Assembly: GCA_037129895.1 (NCBI GenBank)
Contig: JBAXUB010000005.1
Coordinates: 597-64,596, forward strand
Length of the DNA stretch: 64,000 nt
Reading direction: 5' to 3'
DNA from: Candidatus Tayloriibacteriota bacterium
GTDB lineage: Bacteria > Patescibacteriota > Minisyncoccia > Phycocordibacterales > PALSA-1337
In this document: in pieces, positions 49,881 through 64,000 of the stretch
Position numbering within the stretch: position 1 is the stretch's first letter
Layout: each line of letters begins with the position of its first letter
Program-made: the position numbers and the translations under genes
The notes under the pieces: generated by a model
What the model was told of the DNA's origin: nothing
Seen by the model: the letters and a program-made list of their open reading frames with translations, nothing else
The model's database searches: none

Positions 49881-51434
49881 CAATTTCGCAAAAATCGCAG
49901 AATCGCCCGAAAAAGGCGAAAGAATCGCAGAATATGGAGGGCGGGGCGGAATTCCCCCCTGAAACCCCCCTTCCGCCCCGCCCGCATCTTTGCTCACGTT
50001 TTTGGGAATTTTCGTGACGAAAGCAAAAGGAAAATGCGGAGAAAAAATGAGGGTGCGGTTGAGGACGAGTGGGTTCGAACCGACTTTTTCAAAGAATGAT
50101 CGAATTTTCGTAGTATCTGTACTCTCTGCCAAAATAGAGGCTTCCTTGCAGTCTTTTAGGAAGTTAATCACTGGTTCGAACCGATCGTTAGAAACTTTAC
50201 CGAAAGCAGTAATTTTGTCCTTCAAAACCTGCTTTTCGGTTACAAGTTTGTTTTTGGTTGTCTGGTATTCTTCAAGAGTTAGGGCATTGCCAAGGTATGC
50301 AGTCATGAGTTTTTCTAGTTTAGCGTTAATGGCTAGTGCCTCATCACTTACTTTCTGAATCTGATTTTTCGAAGAGTCATCGTCCTTAGCTCGATCTTTC
50401 TCAACCTCTGCAATTAGCCAGTTTGCCACTTCATCAGAAAGTGATACTTTTTTTAGCTCCTCCTGAATGAGTGTTGTCATAGCTTCCTCACGAACGTATT
50501 TTTGTGAACATGGGCCTTTGTGCTTTGTACACCTCAAATAGTTATGACCCTTCTGGGTTTCAATCGTAAGGCAACAGCCACATTCAGCGCACTTGAACAG
50601 TCCGCGATACACATACGGCTTGAGATCACCGTCATGTTGGGGTTTGCTTTTTTTGGTCATAACTTCCTGGCATATATCAAAAATTTTCTTGGTGATGATT
50701 GGCTCATGCTTACCTTCGTAAAATTCACCATGAAAAAGTATGAGTCCGTGGTACAAATTATTTTTGAGTAGATACTGGTAGTTGGAAATAGAAAGTTCCT
50801 TGCCCTTGTGCCCAGTCAATCCAAGCTCGCCCATACTTTTACGGAGGGCTGATAGAGTATAATTTCCTGTAGCGTAAGTTTCAAAAGCTTTCTTGATGAA
50901 TGGTGCTTTTTCGGGATCAACAACTATCAATTTAGTTTTCTTGTCATTGAGGTAACCGATTGGAGCTTTCTGTGGCCAGATTCCATTCTTCAATTTTTGT
51001 TTGTAACTACGCTTTACATTTTCAGACAGATTGTCCACATAATATTTTGACTGCGAAAAAGAAATGGAAAGCATAAATTTTCCTTGGGGTGTTGCATCAA
51101 ACCAGAAAGTTGGAAATTTTAGGTCGGTGATAACACCGGTGTCCACCATATAAATAATTTTGCCACCATCCACCGAGTTACGAGCGAGCCTATCAGGATG
51201 CCATGCCAAAATGCCAGAGGCTTCTCTGGCTTCTATACGCTCCAACATCTCCGCAAATACAGGCCTACCAGGAGTTTTGGCAGTTTGTTTCTCGATGAAG
51301 ATGTCTACAACCTCCAATTGCTCCTTTTTGGCGAGCTCGCGTAGCTCGGAGAGCTGGTCGGCAAGAGATCTCACTTGCCGATCCTCGGTGTCGGTAGATT
51401 TTCTGGTATATATAAAATATTTTTTCTCACTCAT
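49821..51434 (-). CDS. Large serine recombinase (integrase); its C-terminus reads through attL into the antisense tRNA-Gln
   Basis: 'YTRKST...Q..SL..Q', 'DRLARN', recombinase domain 'APIGY', zinc ribbon CAECG...C...C, coiled coil. Confidence 0.95.
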   Translation of the reverse strand: MSEKKYFIYTRKSTDTEDRQVRSLADQLSELRELAKKEQLEVVDIFIEKQTAKTPGRPVFAEMLERIEAREASGILAWHPDRLARNSVDGGKIIYMVDTGVITDLKFPTFWFDATPQGKFMLSISFSQSKYYVDNLSENVKRSYKQKLKNGIWPQKAPIGYLNDKKTKLIVVDPEKAPFIKKAFETYATGNYTLSALRKSMGELGLTGHKGKELSISNYQYLLKNNLYHGLILFHGEFYEGKHEPIITKKIFDICQEVMTKKSKPQHDGDLKPYVYRGLFKCAECGCCLTIETQKGHNYLRCTKHKGPCSQKYVREEAMTTLIQEELKKVSLSDEVANWLIAEVEKDRAKDDDSSKNQIQKVSDEALAINAKLEKLMTAYLGNALTLEEYQTTKNKLVTEKQVLKDKITAFGKVSNDRFEPVINFLKDCKEASILAESTDTTKIRSFFEKVGSNPLVLNRTLIFSPHFPFAFVTKIPKNVSKDAGGAEGGFQGGIPPRPPYSAILSPFSGDSAIFAKLLRDLDSNQDNILQRDVAYH

Positions 51435-51519
51435 GTTTGTATTTTACCAAATTTTTCAGAAAGCAAGAAATATTTTTTACATAAATCAGTGCATAAACAG
51501 TTAACAACTAAGCTCTCAT

Positions 51520-51695
51520 CGAGAAGCGGTCGACTTTCGCTTCTTCTCACAGTAGTTTCTTCACGTCTCGCACATATCTGTATGGCGGACGCGCCCCACG
51601 ATTGCCCTAGCAACGGTGGGAAGCGCGGGAGCCGTTCTGGTATGTGCGTATGGCGTGCCACGAGACTCTGTAGAAGCGGAAGTGGGCCGCTTCGA
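51520..51695 (+). repeat. Conserved hairpin element, copy 2 (upstream of the integrase)
   Basis: Same terminal IR and inner stems as 6233-6405. Confidence 0.75.
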
Positions 51696-51756
51696 GTCAC
51701 TGTGGTGTGTGTTTGTGTTTAAAAATAAAAAGTAAAAGAAGGTGAGTACCCATCTG

Positions 51757-52150
51757 GTCCTCAACCGCACCCTCATTTTTTCTCCGCATTTTCCTTTTGC
51801 ATTTGTAACGAAAATTCCCAAAAACGTGAGCAAAGATGCGGGCGGGGCGGAAGGGGGGTTTCAGGGGGGAATTCCGCCCCGCCCTCCATATTCTGCGATT
51901 CTTTCGCCTTTTTCGGGCGATTCTGCGATTTTTGCGAAATTGCTGTCGTTTTTGAATGAAGTTCGAACGTTTTTCGCTGAAAATCCTCAAAATTAAGGAA
52001 GTCAGGCGGCACGGCAGGAGGGGTGTGGGGAGGAATGCCGTGCCGCCTTCCTACTGTTTTCTTTCTTTTTTTTCCGTCATGCACCTTGTGGAGCTCGGAC
52101 GATGCGGAACTCTTGTGTGGGGCGAGCTGTTTCCGCACGTCCTCGCGGGG
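51757..52150. repeat. Inverted intact attP: 51757-51945 is an IR of 49878-50066; 51940-52150 is an IR of 58187-58397
   Basis: The 189-bp arm shows 3 mismatches by eye; the 211-bp arm is near identical; the two arms overlap exactly at TTGCTG. Confidence 0.88.
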
Positions 52151-52236
52151 GATTTGGAGGACGATTTGGATTGAAATACTGTTAGAGATACGATTAGTTT
52201 ATACACAGCCCATATAAAGACTTTTGAGTATAAATC

Positions 52237-57390
<5,154 letters not shown>

Positions 57391-57443
57391 ACTATGATAG
57401 AAAGTTTGATAAATTATATTGAGAAAAAATGTAAAAATTTCTT

Positions 57444-57971
57444 ATGTCAGATGATCAAAACCAAGATATAAATCCACAACAAGAGCCACCACAAAGCCCT
57501 GAAGCAGTCACAGATGAAGCACCTATTCAGCAAGCCGATTCTATACCTACCGATATGCCCCCTGTGGCCCCAGAAGCCCCTAAGGACGCTTCTACCTCTG
57601 TTCCTGTAGAAGATCAAAATGGAGCAAATAAGGATGAAAATCAAGTATCAGAATCTCCAGCTGTGACCGCGCCAGCGCCACTAACCTCGGCTACTCCACA
57701 AACGCAATCGCTGGCGCAACAAGATGAACGTGGATTCATCAAGAGCTTGCTTATTAAAGCTCAAGCTAAAATACAATTTAACAAACAAAGAAAGTTAGAA
57801 AAAATCATTCAGCTAGCACAAAAGAAAGGAATAATTACAAATGATGATGTACAAAAACTTTTGCATGTCTCTGATGCAACTGCAACCAGATATTTAGTAA
57901 AATTAGTAGAACAAGGTCGTCTGACTCGCTTAGGTTCACCACGCGATGCTAAATATCAAATTGTACGATAA
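57444..57971 (+). CDS. Disordered N-terminus plus C-terminal winged HTH; paralog of 5598..6167
   Basis: 'ITNDDVQKLLHVSDATATRYLVKLVEQG'. Confidence 0.78.
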   Translation: MSDDQNQDINPQQEPPQSPEAVTDEAPIQQADSIPTDMPPVAPEAPKDASTSVPVEDQNGANKDENQVSESPAVTAPAPLTSATPQTQSLAQQDERGFIKSLLIKAQAKIQFNKQRKLEKIIQLAQKKGIITNDDVQKLLHVSDATATRYLVKLVEQGRLTRLGSPRDAKYQIVR

Positions 57972-57979
57972 AATAGTCT

Positions 57980-58008
57980 TGTGGCTCAAATGGTGGAATT
58001 GAGCCACA
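57980..58008. promoter_or_regulatory. Palindromic site TGTGGCTCA-N11-TGAGCCACA, copy 3
   Basis: 9 bp after the wHTH stop; identical to 6430-6458. Confidence 0.6.
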
Positions 58009-58016
58009 GAGGTTCT

Positions 58017-58151
58017 CGAGAAGCGGTCGACTTTCGCTTCTTCTCACTGAAATCTATTCGTGTTCGGAGGAAGTCGGTTCGGCGATTAGCCGTACGGACT
58101 GACGACGAATGCGCCACTAAACTATATGGAAGCGGAAGTGGACCGCTTCGA
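58017..58151 (+). repeat. Conserved hairpin element, copy 3 (shorter)
   Basis: Same terminal IR; apical gcgattagc loop as in copy 1. Confidence 0.72.
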
Positions 58152-58501
58152 ATGATTTGATGAAATACGTTTTGAAATATTTTGAACCCCGCGAGGACGG
58201 TGCGGAAACCTTTTGCCCCACACAATAGTTCCGCATCGTCCGAGCTCCACAAGGGCATGACGGAAAAAAAAGAAAGAAAACAGTAGGAAGGCGGCACGGC
58301 ATTCCTCCCCACACCCCTCCTGCCGTGCCGCCTGACTTCCTTAATTTTGAGGATTTTCAGCGAAAAACGTTCGAACTTCATTCAAAAACGACAGCAAGAT
58401 TTTTTTATGCCTCTGTTAAGCCACTTTACAAATCAGAGAGTCTTGGACGATCGAACCTAGGTCTAAGACATAGATAAATGAGTTCATCATGCTGCGGATA
58501 C

Positions 58502-58699
58502 TTACCCTCGAATTTCCCCCTTTCTCATTCTTCCTAGAATCTTGTCTATGTCATGAATGGCACAGAGCATCTGGAAGATCATCTCTTGCATGTCATTCAT
58601 GCGCCAAATGATATGAGGAGGGAGAGGGTATATAGGTACCTTCTCTTCCTTATGTTTCATCGGAGTATCTGTTACCCACTCATGGTGCACCATGAACAA
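58502..58699 (-). CDS. Hypothetical small protein
   Basis: ORF only. Confidence 0.3.
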   Translation of the reverse strand: MFMVHHEWVTDTPMKHKEEKVPIYPLPPHIIWRMNDMQEMIFQMLCAIHDIDKILGRMRKGEIRG

Positions 58700-58882
58700 A
58701 GCCTGTGGTTGTTAATGAGCTTTGTGTGAGAAGAATGTTCCTATTGGCGAGTCTATAAAAGACGTCAATCTTTGCCAGATTGGAAAGAATTCAGACTCTT
58801 GACAAACGCCATTTCGGGAGTACAATACTGATGTATCAATACGAAAAGGGACCCGAAAGGTGAAATACCTAAGGGGCCCTTT

Positions 58883-59416
58883 TCATTTACGCTGATAGGA
58901 TATCTTTGCTCGGACGTCAGCACTTTCTAGATAGTCATAGAATTCGCTTCCCAGAGATTTGTATAGAGAAGAGGCGAACTGTTTGTTAGGGAAGAGCATC
59001 TTGCCGAATTTGTCTTTTTTGATGAGATAGTCGACGACTCTTTTATAATCACCGTCTCCTGAAACGATGAAGAACTTGCCAATAGGTTCACCATCCGCCA
59101 ACTTTTTCATCATCTCAAAGATAATATCGGAATCAACATTTCCTTTCTTCGCACCTCGGAGGGCTGATGAATGATCTCGGAATGAAAGCACGAATCCAGC
59201 TTTCTGAAGCTTGTTGTACAGGTCTTGTTCATCGTCGGAGATGAAGCCGAGGAAATAATACGCCTCGGTTATTCCATACTTTTCCAATAGATAGGTTCTG
59301 AAACGGGCATGATCAATAGCCCAGCCACTCTCTTTTGTGCCGAGGTGTAGGTTTTGACCATCTATGAAAGCAATATTTGGTTCCTTTGCTGATTCCATCA
59401 GTGGTAATGATATCAT
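58883..59416 (-). CDS. NYN/LabA-like PIN-fold ribonuclease
   Basis: 'AFIDGQNL', 'KGNVDSD', 'VSGDGDY'. Confidence 0.9.
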   Translation of the reverse strand: MISLPLMESAKEPNIAFIDGQNLHLGTKESGWAIDHARFRTYLLEKYGITEAYYFLGFISDDEQDLYNKLQKAGFVLSFRDHSSALRGAKKGNVDSDIIFEMMKKLADGEPIGKFFIVSGDGDYKRVVDYLIKKDKFGKMLFPNKQFASSLYKSLGSEFYDYLESADVRAKISYQRK

Positions 59417-59516
59417 CTAGAAACGCTGATACACAATAGTATCTTGCCGCCGACGGCAACCTTTGACGTCTGTTTCAAAATGTTCGGCCATCTATACTAG
59501 CTTCACACCTCAATAA

Positions 59517-59639
59517 TTAGTTTTGTGTGCCGGTCTTTCGATGCTCTCCAAACTCCTTTCTAAAGTGGTAGTATATTAGTCTAGCCGCACGTTCCATTTT
59601 ACGAGTCCAGGTTCGAACGTCGTCTAAGTTACCCAGCAA
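59517..59639 (-). mobile_element. Second attR-like junction with the tRNA-Gln core CAGCAA
   Basis: Core at 59634-59639; minus strand reads LLGNLDDVRTWTRK..., with VRT in the same register as the other scars. Confidence 0.55.
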
Positions 59640-59668
59640 ATCAAATTTGTCTATGGTATTATTGCAAG

Positions 59669-60583
59669 ATGAAAACAATTAGGATTTTTCTTCTAGTTTT
59701 AATTATTATCGGAATAGTTGCGTTGTCTACTTACAAAATTTGGGTGCCGAAGTTGGTCAACCACATTCTTCGGTCTGAGGGCATATCGGTCGTGAATGAT
59801 GAAAGTTTCTCTCCTTTAAACGCTACATATATGATTGATGGGCGACTAATTGCTCTAAAGAATGGATTATCGAGTATTTCGATTGCTAGTGGCTCAGCAT
59901 CAAAGATAACTACTCAATATTTCGGCAATGAAGTAACACATGACTTTGATGGCGATGGAAGATTGGATACGGCTTTTATTTTGACACAGAACACTGGTGG
60001 AAGTGGTACATTTTATTATGTTGTGGCGGCACTTAACAAGGTGAATGGGTATATTGGTTCGCATGGTCTACTTCTCGGTGATCGTATAGCTCCACAAACA
60101 ACAGAAATGTCACAAAACAAAAATACTCCAAATGTAATTGTTGTAAACTATGCGGACAGGAAACCGGGAGAAAGCTTTACGACACAACCATCGCAGGGGA
60201 AAAGCCTATGGCTTTTACTTGATCCAAAGATAATGCAGTTCGGTGAAGTAGCACAGAATTTTGAAGGAGAGACGGCTAACACTCTGACAGAGGCTGAAGG
60301 TCGTCTTATTGCCGAAAAATCTTGTGTCAAAGGTGGAGAAGCGTTATCGCAGGGGATATACAACGAAAATTCTAAAACTTGGTGGTACGATGCCAATCTA
60401 AATGCTACTAGACCCGGATGTAGTCCTGCCTGTGTAGTTGATGCAGTAACAAGAAAAGCTGAAATTAAATGGAGATGTACGGGCGTGAAGGAACCAGTTG
60501 CTTGCACCATGGATGCAAGACAATGCCCAAATGGTTCATATGTTGGGCGCACTGGACCTAATTGTGAATTTGTCTGTCCTTAA
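59669..60583 (+). CDS. Membrane-anchored secreted protein with a C-terminal Cys-rich motif
   Basis: N-terminal TM; 'GGSGTFYY..A...LGDRIAPQ'; 'CTMDARQCPNGSYVGRTGPNCEFVCP'. Confidence 0.8.
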   Translation: MKTIRIFLLVLIIIGIVALSTYKIWVPKLVNHILRSEGISVVNDESFSPLNATYMIDGRLIALKNGLSSISIASGSASKITTQYFGNEVTHDFDGDGRLDTAFILTQNTGGSGTFYYVVAALNKVNGYIGSHGLLLGDRIAPQTTEMSQNKNTPNVIVVNYADRKPGESFTTQPSQGKSLWLLLDPKIMQFGEVAQNFEGETANTLTEAEGRLIAEKSCVKGGEALSQGIYNENSKTWWYDANLNATRPGCSPACVVDAVTRKAEIKWRCTGVKEPVACTMDARQCPNGSYVGRTGPNCEFVCP

Positions 60584-60814
60584 TTCCGTTCGGGTAACAC
60601 CCCAGATTGCCAGTAATTGATTCTGAGCTTGTGATATAATAAAATATATGGTTATAGACATAGAATTAACATTGAATAGGTTCGGATTAGGTAAAATTTC
60701 AGAAAATAAATTCCAGTTCCTATTTCTTAGGTTTTCTAAGTGGAAAATTACGAACAAACACTCTATTTCTTTTGAAATTAACTGGCGAACAAGTGAGGAA
60801 CACAATAAGATAAT

Positions 60815-60934
60815 ATGACAAAAATACTTGGGATGCCTTTTGTTAATATAATTAGTACGGGTGATATCATCATTTTTATTGCTATTATTGTCTTGGGTCT
60901 ATTTATAGCATCAGAGAATGATAGAAAAAAGTAA
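60815..60934 (+). CDS. 39-aa single-TM peptide
   Basis: MTKILGMPFVNIISTGDIIIFIAIIVLGLFIASENDRKK; in tandem with the next gene. Confidence 0.45.
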   Translation: MTKILGMPFVNIISTGDIIIFIAIIVLGLFIASENDRKK

Positions 60935-60945
60935 ATGGTATTATT

Positions 60946-61143
60946 ATGAAAAAATCACAAATTTCTTCAAAACAAATAGCAATAATGTTTTTTGGAATCA
61001 TGATGGGCGTTTTGGGTGGACTATTTGGGTCTATTTTGGATCGGTATTTTACTCGGTACGATATGATTTATGAGATTATAGTAGCCGTTTTATTTTTTGG
61101 GATAATAGTATATTTTACAAAGATGATTAAATTATCCAAATAA
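60946..61143 (+). CDS. Small two-TM protein
   Basis: Two hydrophobic helices with basic termini. Confidence 0.55.
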   Translation: MKKSQISSKQIAIMFFGIMMGVLGGLFGSILDRYFTRYDMIYEIIVAVLFFGIIVYFTKMIKLSK

Positions 61144-61193
61144 TTTGAAATGCACAATTCCGTTCGTATAACACCCCACACTCTTACCTAGTA

Positions 61194-62066
61194 CTATTTT
61201 GCTTTTAGGACCTTCTTTGTCTCAACGGGGAAGGTCTTTACAATCTTCTTCTCCGCAACTCTCTTAGTTTCTCTATTCCTTCGAGATTCTACCAACTTTA
61301 GATCCTCTTCGGGTTTTATGTGTTCAGGTTTGATGCCTCTATTTAACAGAGCCTGACGTGTTTCATTACTATTCTTCACAACCTCGGAGTTCATCGCCTC
61401 TTTACCTCGAATATCTTTTTCTTTGATGTTGTGATCAGTCATCGCTAGTGCGAAATCCTTTGCTTTGAGTTCTACATGACTATCAAAATCAGCCAGGGAT
61501 CTTTCTCTAGGAATCTTTCTGATCTTTTTGAGCTGACTTGCAGAGATGCCCCCATACAAGGCCTCGATGTGTTTGTTCTTGAATGTCGCAAATTCAACGG
61601 GATATTTTATACCCCTCTCATATACAGTAGACTCTATCTTGTTCTCGGTCTCTCGGAGTTTTGCTCGCGCATCGAGGCGTTTTGATTCCATATCTCTTTG
61701 CTCGAGTAATTCTTGCTTGCGAGTCTGTGTCGCGAAATATGTTTGTGAGAGAGCGATTTCAGGTTTTCGCGGATCACCGTTTTGGGCGATCAGGTAGCAG
61801 GCGTATCTGGTGAGGAAAATGTCTTCCTTCGGTCTACCTCCAGAGCTTTTTGTTGGCGCCGTCAAAAAGTGTCCATCTGTGGTTTGGTTGCTCGTTCTAC
61901 AGGAGTGCTTCGCTCTTTCAATAGTTTCTGCAAATTGGCGCCATGTTGAATAACCAAGCATCGGCATGAGATCACGAGCTGACCAAAATTCCATAGGGTA
62001 CTCATCTTTTGATGTGCGTTTGATCGATTCTAGGTTCTTTTGTATTGTGTCTAGTGCTTTATCCAT
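61194..62066 (-). CDS. dinD: DNA damage-inducible protein D (Bro-N domain)
   Basis: 'WSARDLM..LGY..W..F', 'LTRYACYLIAQNGDPRKPEIA.SQTYFATQTRKQE'. Confidence 0.88.
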   Translation of the reverse strand: MDKALDTIQKNLESIKRTSKDEYPMEFWSARDLMPMLGYSTWRQFAETIERAKHSCRTSNQTTDGHFLTAPTKSSGGRPKEDIFLTRYACYLIAQNGDPRKPEIALSQTYFATQTRKQELLEQRDMESKRLDARAKLRETENKIESTVYERGIKYPVEFATFKNKHIEALYGGISASQLKKIRKIPRERSLADFDSHVELKAKDFALAMTDHNIKEKDIRGKEAMNSEVVKNSNETRQALLNRGIKPEHIKPEEDLKLVESRRNRETKRVAEKKIVKTFPVETKKVLKAK

Positions 62067-62443
62067 ATATTTATTGATTAGTTAATAATGTTATTAGTAA
62101 ATAGACTCACCGTCAGATCCGATGAGTGAAAAATTATTGTGTTTGATTGAGGTCAGCGGAAAAACTTACAGTCTGAATAGGGGAATTGTATCAAAGGGAC
62201 GAGTTGAGTCAATATTGTGGTGGGAAATGTTTTGTTGTGGTATGTATCTCTAACCTTGTGCATCAAAGGTTTAGGGGTCAACGTCAAAGTCGCGTGCGTG
62301 TTGTAAATCACATAATTGCGTGTTAGAGTATTCTTACAAATGAAAAAGACATTCATCCAGTCAAATAACTGGCACCATAATTACCTTTTACACGAAGGGG
62401 TTCTTGGCATGTCTCAAACTAATTAATTAAACATTTTACTGAG

Positions 62444-62483
62444 AAACAAAAACACCCTTCGTAGTTGAGGGGTGTTTTTGTTT
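62444..62483 (+). terminator. Leader terminator 20 bp upstream of the M20 peptidase gene
   Basis: aaacaaaaacacccttc / gaggggtgtttttgttt stem. Confidence 0.65.
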
Positions 62484-62503
62484 ATATCAACTAATCAAAT
62501 ATT

Positions 62504-63637
62504 ATGAAAAAATTATCAAAGAAACAATTTGAAGAGGACTTATCAAGGCTTGTTTCGTTCAGGACACTTACTTCTGATCGTGTTCAGAATGGAAAAGCAC
62601 TTGATTTCATCGTGTCGAAGATCAATAGGAAAGCAGTCATAAGCAGGATAAATAACGATGGTGTAGAGACTCTTATAGCATCAAATGAAGATACTAGAAC
62701 TCCCGATCTGTGTTTCTTGGTACACGTCGACGTTGTAGCGGCCAAGTCAGAGCAATTTTCAATGGTAGTGAAAAAAGGGATCGCATATGGCCGTGGCGTG
62801 AGTGATATGAAGTTTTCAATCCCGATGGGCTACTGTCTCTTGAACGATATTATCGAAGATGAGTCGGATATATCATTCGCCTTTGTTGTAACAACTGATG
62901 AAGAGACGGGAGGATTCAAAGGTGCGAAGTATTTAGTAAATACATATGGTTTGAAGCCAAAGATTCTTATCGTTCCTGATGGCGGAGATGACCTTGTATT
63001 TATCAACAAGACTAAGGGTGTCTGTGCGCTGCGCATTGATTCAAAAGGTATTCCTGCACACTCATCGAGGATTTGGGATGGAAAAAATGCTTTAGAACCA
63101 TTGGTAGAGTTATGTAGTATTGTTCTTAAGCGGTATAAGAAAAATAACGCAAAAGAATCTTGGAAAACAACCGTCAATCTGGGCATGCTTCAAGGTGGTA
63201 TCTCAGCAAATCAAGTATGTCCTGAAGCTTATGCGATACTTGATTTCAGATTTCCAGAGACGACGACCTTCGAAGCTATTCGAGACGAAGTGTTGTTGAT
63301 TGCAAGAAAAATTGATCCCTCACTCAGGATATCTGTTCATTCAATCGGTAGTCCAACATCTGTAGACGTGAAGGATCAGATCGTAAAAATATTTATCGGT
63401 AGTTTTGAGAAATCAACGGGGAGGGAGATAAGGGTTCGGGGAACATATGGGGCCTCTGATGCAAGACACTTTGCTAGACTCGAAGCTCCGGTACTAATGA
63501 TAAAACCGATCGGTGGAGACATACACGGCGATAATGAAAATATAAGTATTGATTCTTGTCTTGTATTCTATTTGGCGCTACAAAACTTTTTAAGCGAACT
63601 GAAACAGGAGAAGGCGGTACTTCATCGGGCTCACTGA
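62504..63637 (+). CDS. M20 family metallopeptidase/deacylase (ArgE/DapE-like)
   Basis: 'HVDVV', 'YGRGVSDMK', 'DEETGG', 'GASDAR', 'IHGDNE'. Confidence 0.9.
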   Translation: MKKLSKKQFEEDLSRLVSFRTLTSDRVQNGKALDFIVSKINRKAVISRINNDGVETLIASNEDTRTPDLCFLVHVDVVAAKSEQFSMVVKKGIAYGRGVSDMKFSIPMGYCLLNDIIEDESDISFAFVVTTDEETGGFKGAKYLVNTYGLKPKILIVPDGGDDLVFINKTKGVCALRIDSKGIPAHSSRIWDGKNALEPLVELCSIVLKRYKKNNAKESWKTTVNLGMLQGGISANQVCPEAYAILDFRFPETTTFEAIRDEVLLIARKIDPSLRISVHSIGSPTSVDVKDQIVKIFIGSFEKSTGREIRVRGTYGASDARHFARLEAPVLMIKPIGGDIHGDNENISIDSCLVFYLALQNFLSELKQEKAVLHRAH

Positions 63638-63736
63638 ATAAAAAACTATCCCAACTCCCGTTGGCGATAGTCTACTGCCCGCACATGGTGTGTTGGCAGT
63701 ACCTGTCGTAGTTCATTAACAAATTGAGAAATACTT

Positions 63737-64000
63737 ATGAAAGATACATCGTTAGTTCGTGTCAATATGAATACCTGCCCCTTAGAGACGTTACTTGAAT
63801 GGGCCGAGTGTTATTGTGAAATATGGAAAGAACCACCCTGGAATGAAGATTTTTGGCAACCTCAAGAGGTCATCAAAGATTTCAAAGGTTTGATGCTTAA
63901 ACCAGGCTCAGCGGCTTTTCTCGCAGTTCAAGATGGAATGATCGCAGGGTTTACTCTTGGATATTCAGTCAACCGAGAAGAACTTCGAGTTGTTGCTGGT
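63737..64000 (+). CDS. GNAT-family acetyltransferase, truncated by the window end
   Basis: MKDTS...YCEIWKEPPWNEDFW...AFLAVQDGMIAGFTLGY; frame open to the end. Confidence 0.65.
   Translation, partial: MKDTSLVRVNMNTCPLETLLEWAECYCEIWKEPPWNEDFWQPQEVIKDFKGLMLKPGSAAFLAVQDGMIAGFTLGYSVNREELRVVAG

Noticed and set aside
60778-60812. ZTP riboswitch-like 'actggcgaaca'
   Set aside because: The remaining stems and the 3' pseudoknot segment are absent, and the gene context does not fit.

Overview
This window looks like a Patescibacteria (CPR, Parcubacteria-like) chromosome segment in the standard genetic code (RF2 is present and TGA is used as a stop). The backbone is housekeeping: tgt, rplY, rnj, secG, prfB, ftsEX, pyrG and a GH130/PMI/PMM mannose cluster. 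It is interrupted by tRNA-anchored accessory regions. The most striking structure is an 8.5-kb large-serine-recombinase element at tRNA-Gln(CTG), 49878-58397. It has three recombination sites sharing the core CAGCAA: attL, attR and an extra complete attP in inverted orientation inside the element. Inversion could therefore swap the integrase C-terminal tail or flip a cargo made of a giant surface protein with a (CA)18 tract plus a wHTH gene. Orphan integrase-tail reading frames (L-x6-VR) mark three more attR-like scars at 6683, 11788 and 59639, implying stacked cassettes behind tRNAs. One cassette, behind tRNA-fMet, carries an apparently uncharacterised two-radical-SAM RiPP-like cluster with an unannotated 51-aa Cys-containing peptide. 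Also seen: a covarying hairpin motif (3 copies), a palindrome linked to the wHTH genes, a GNAT-ASCH module, candidate RNA leaders and in-frame palindromic insertions. All calls come from reading the sequence by eye; no searches were run.
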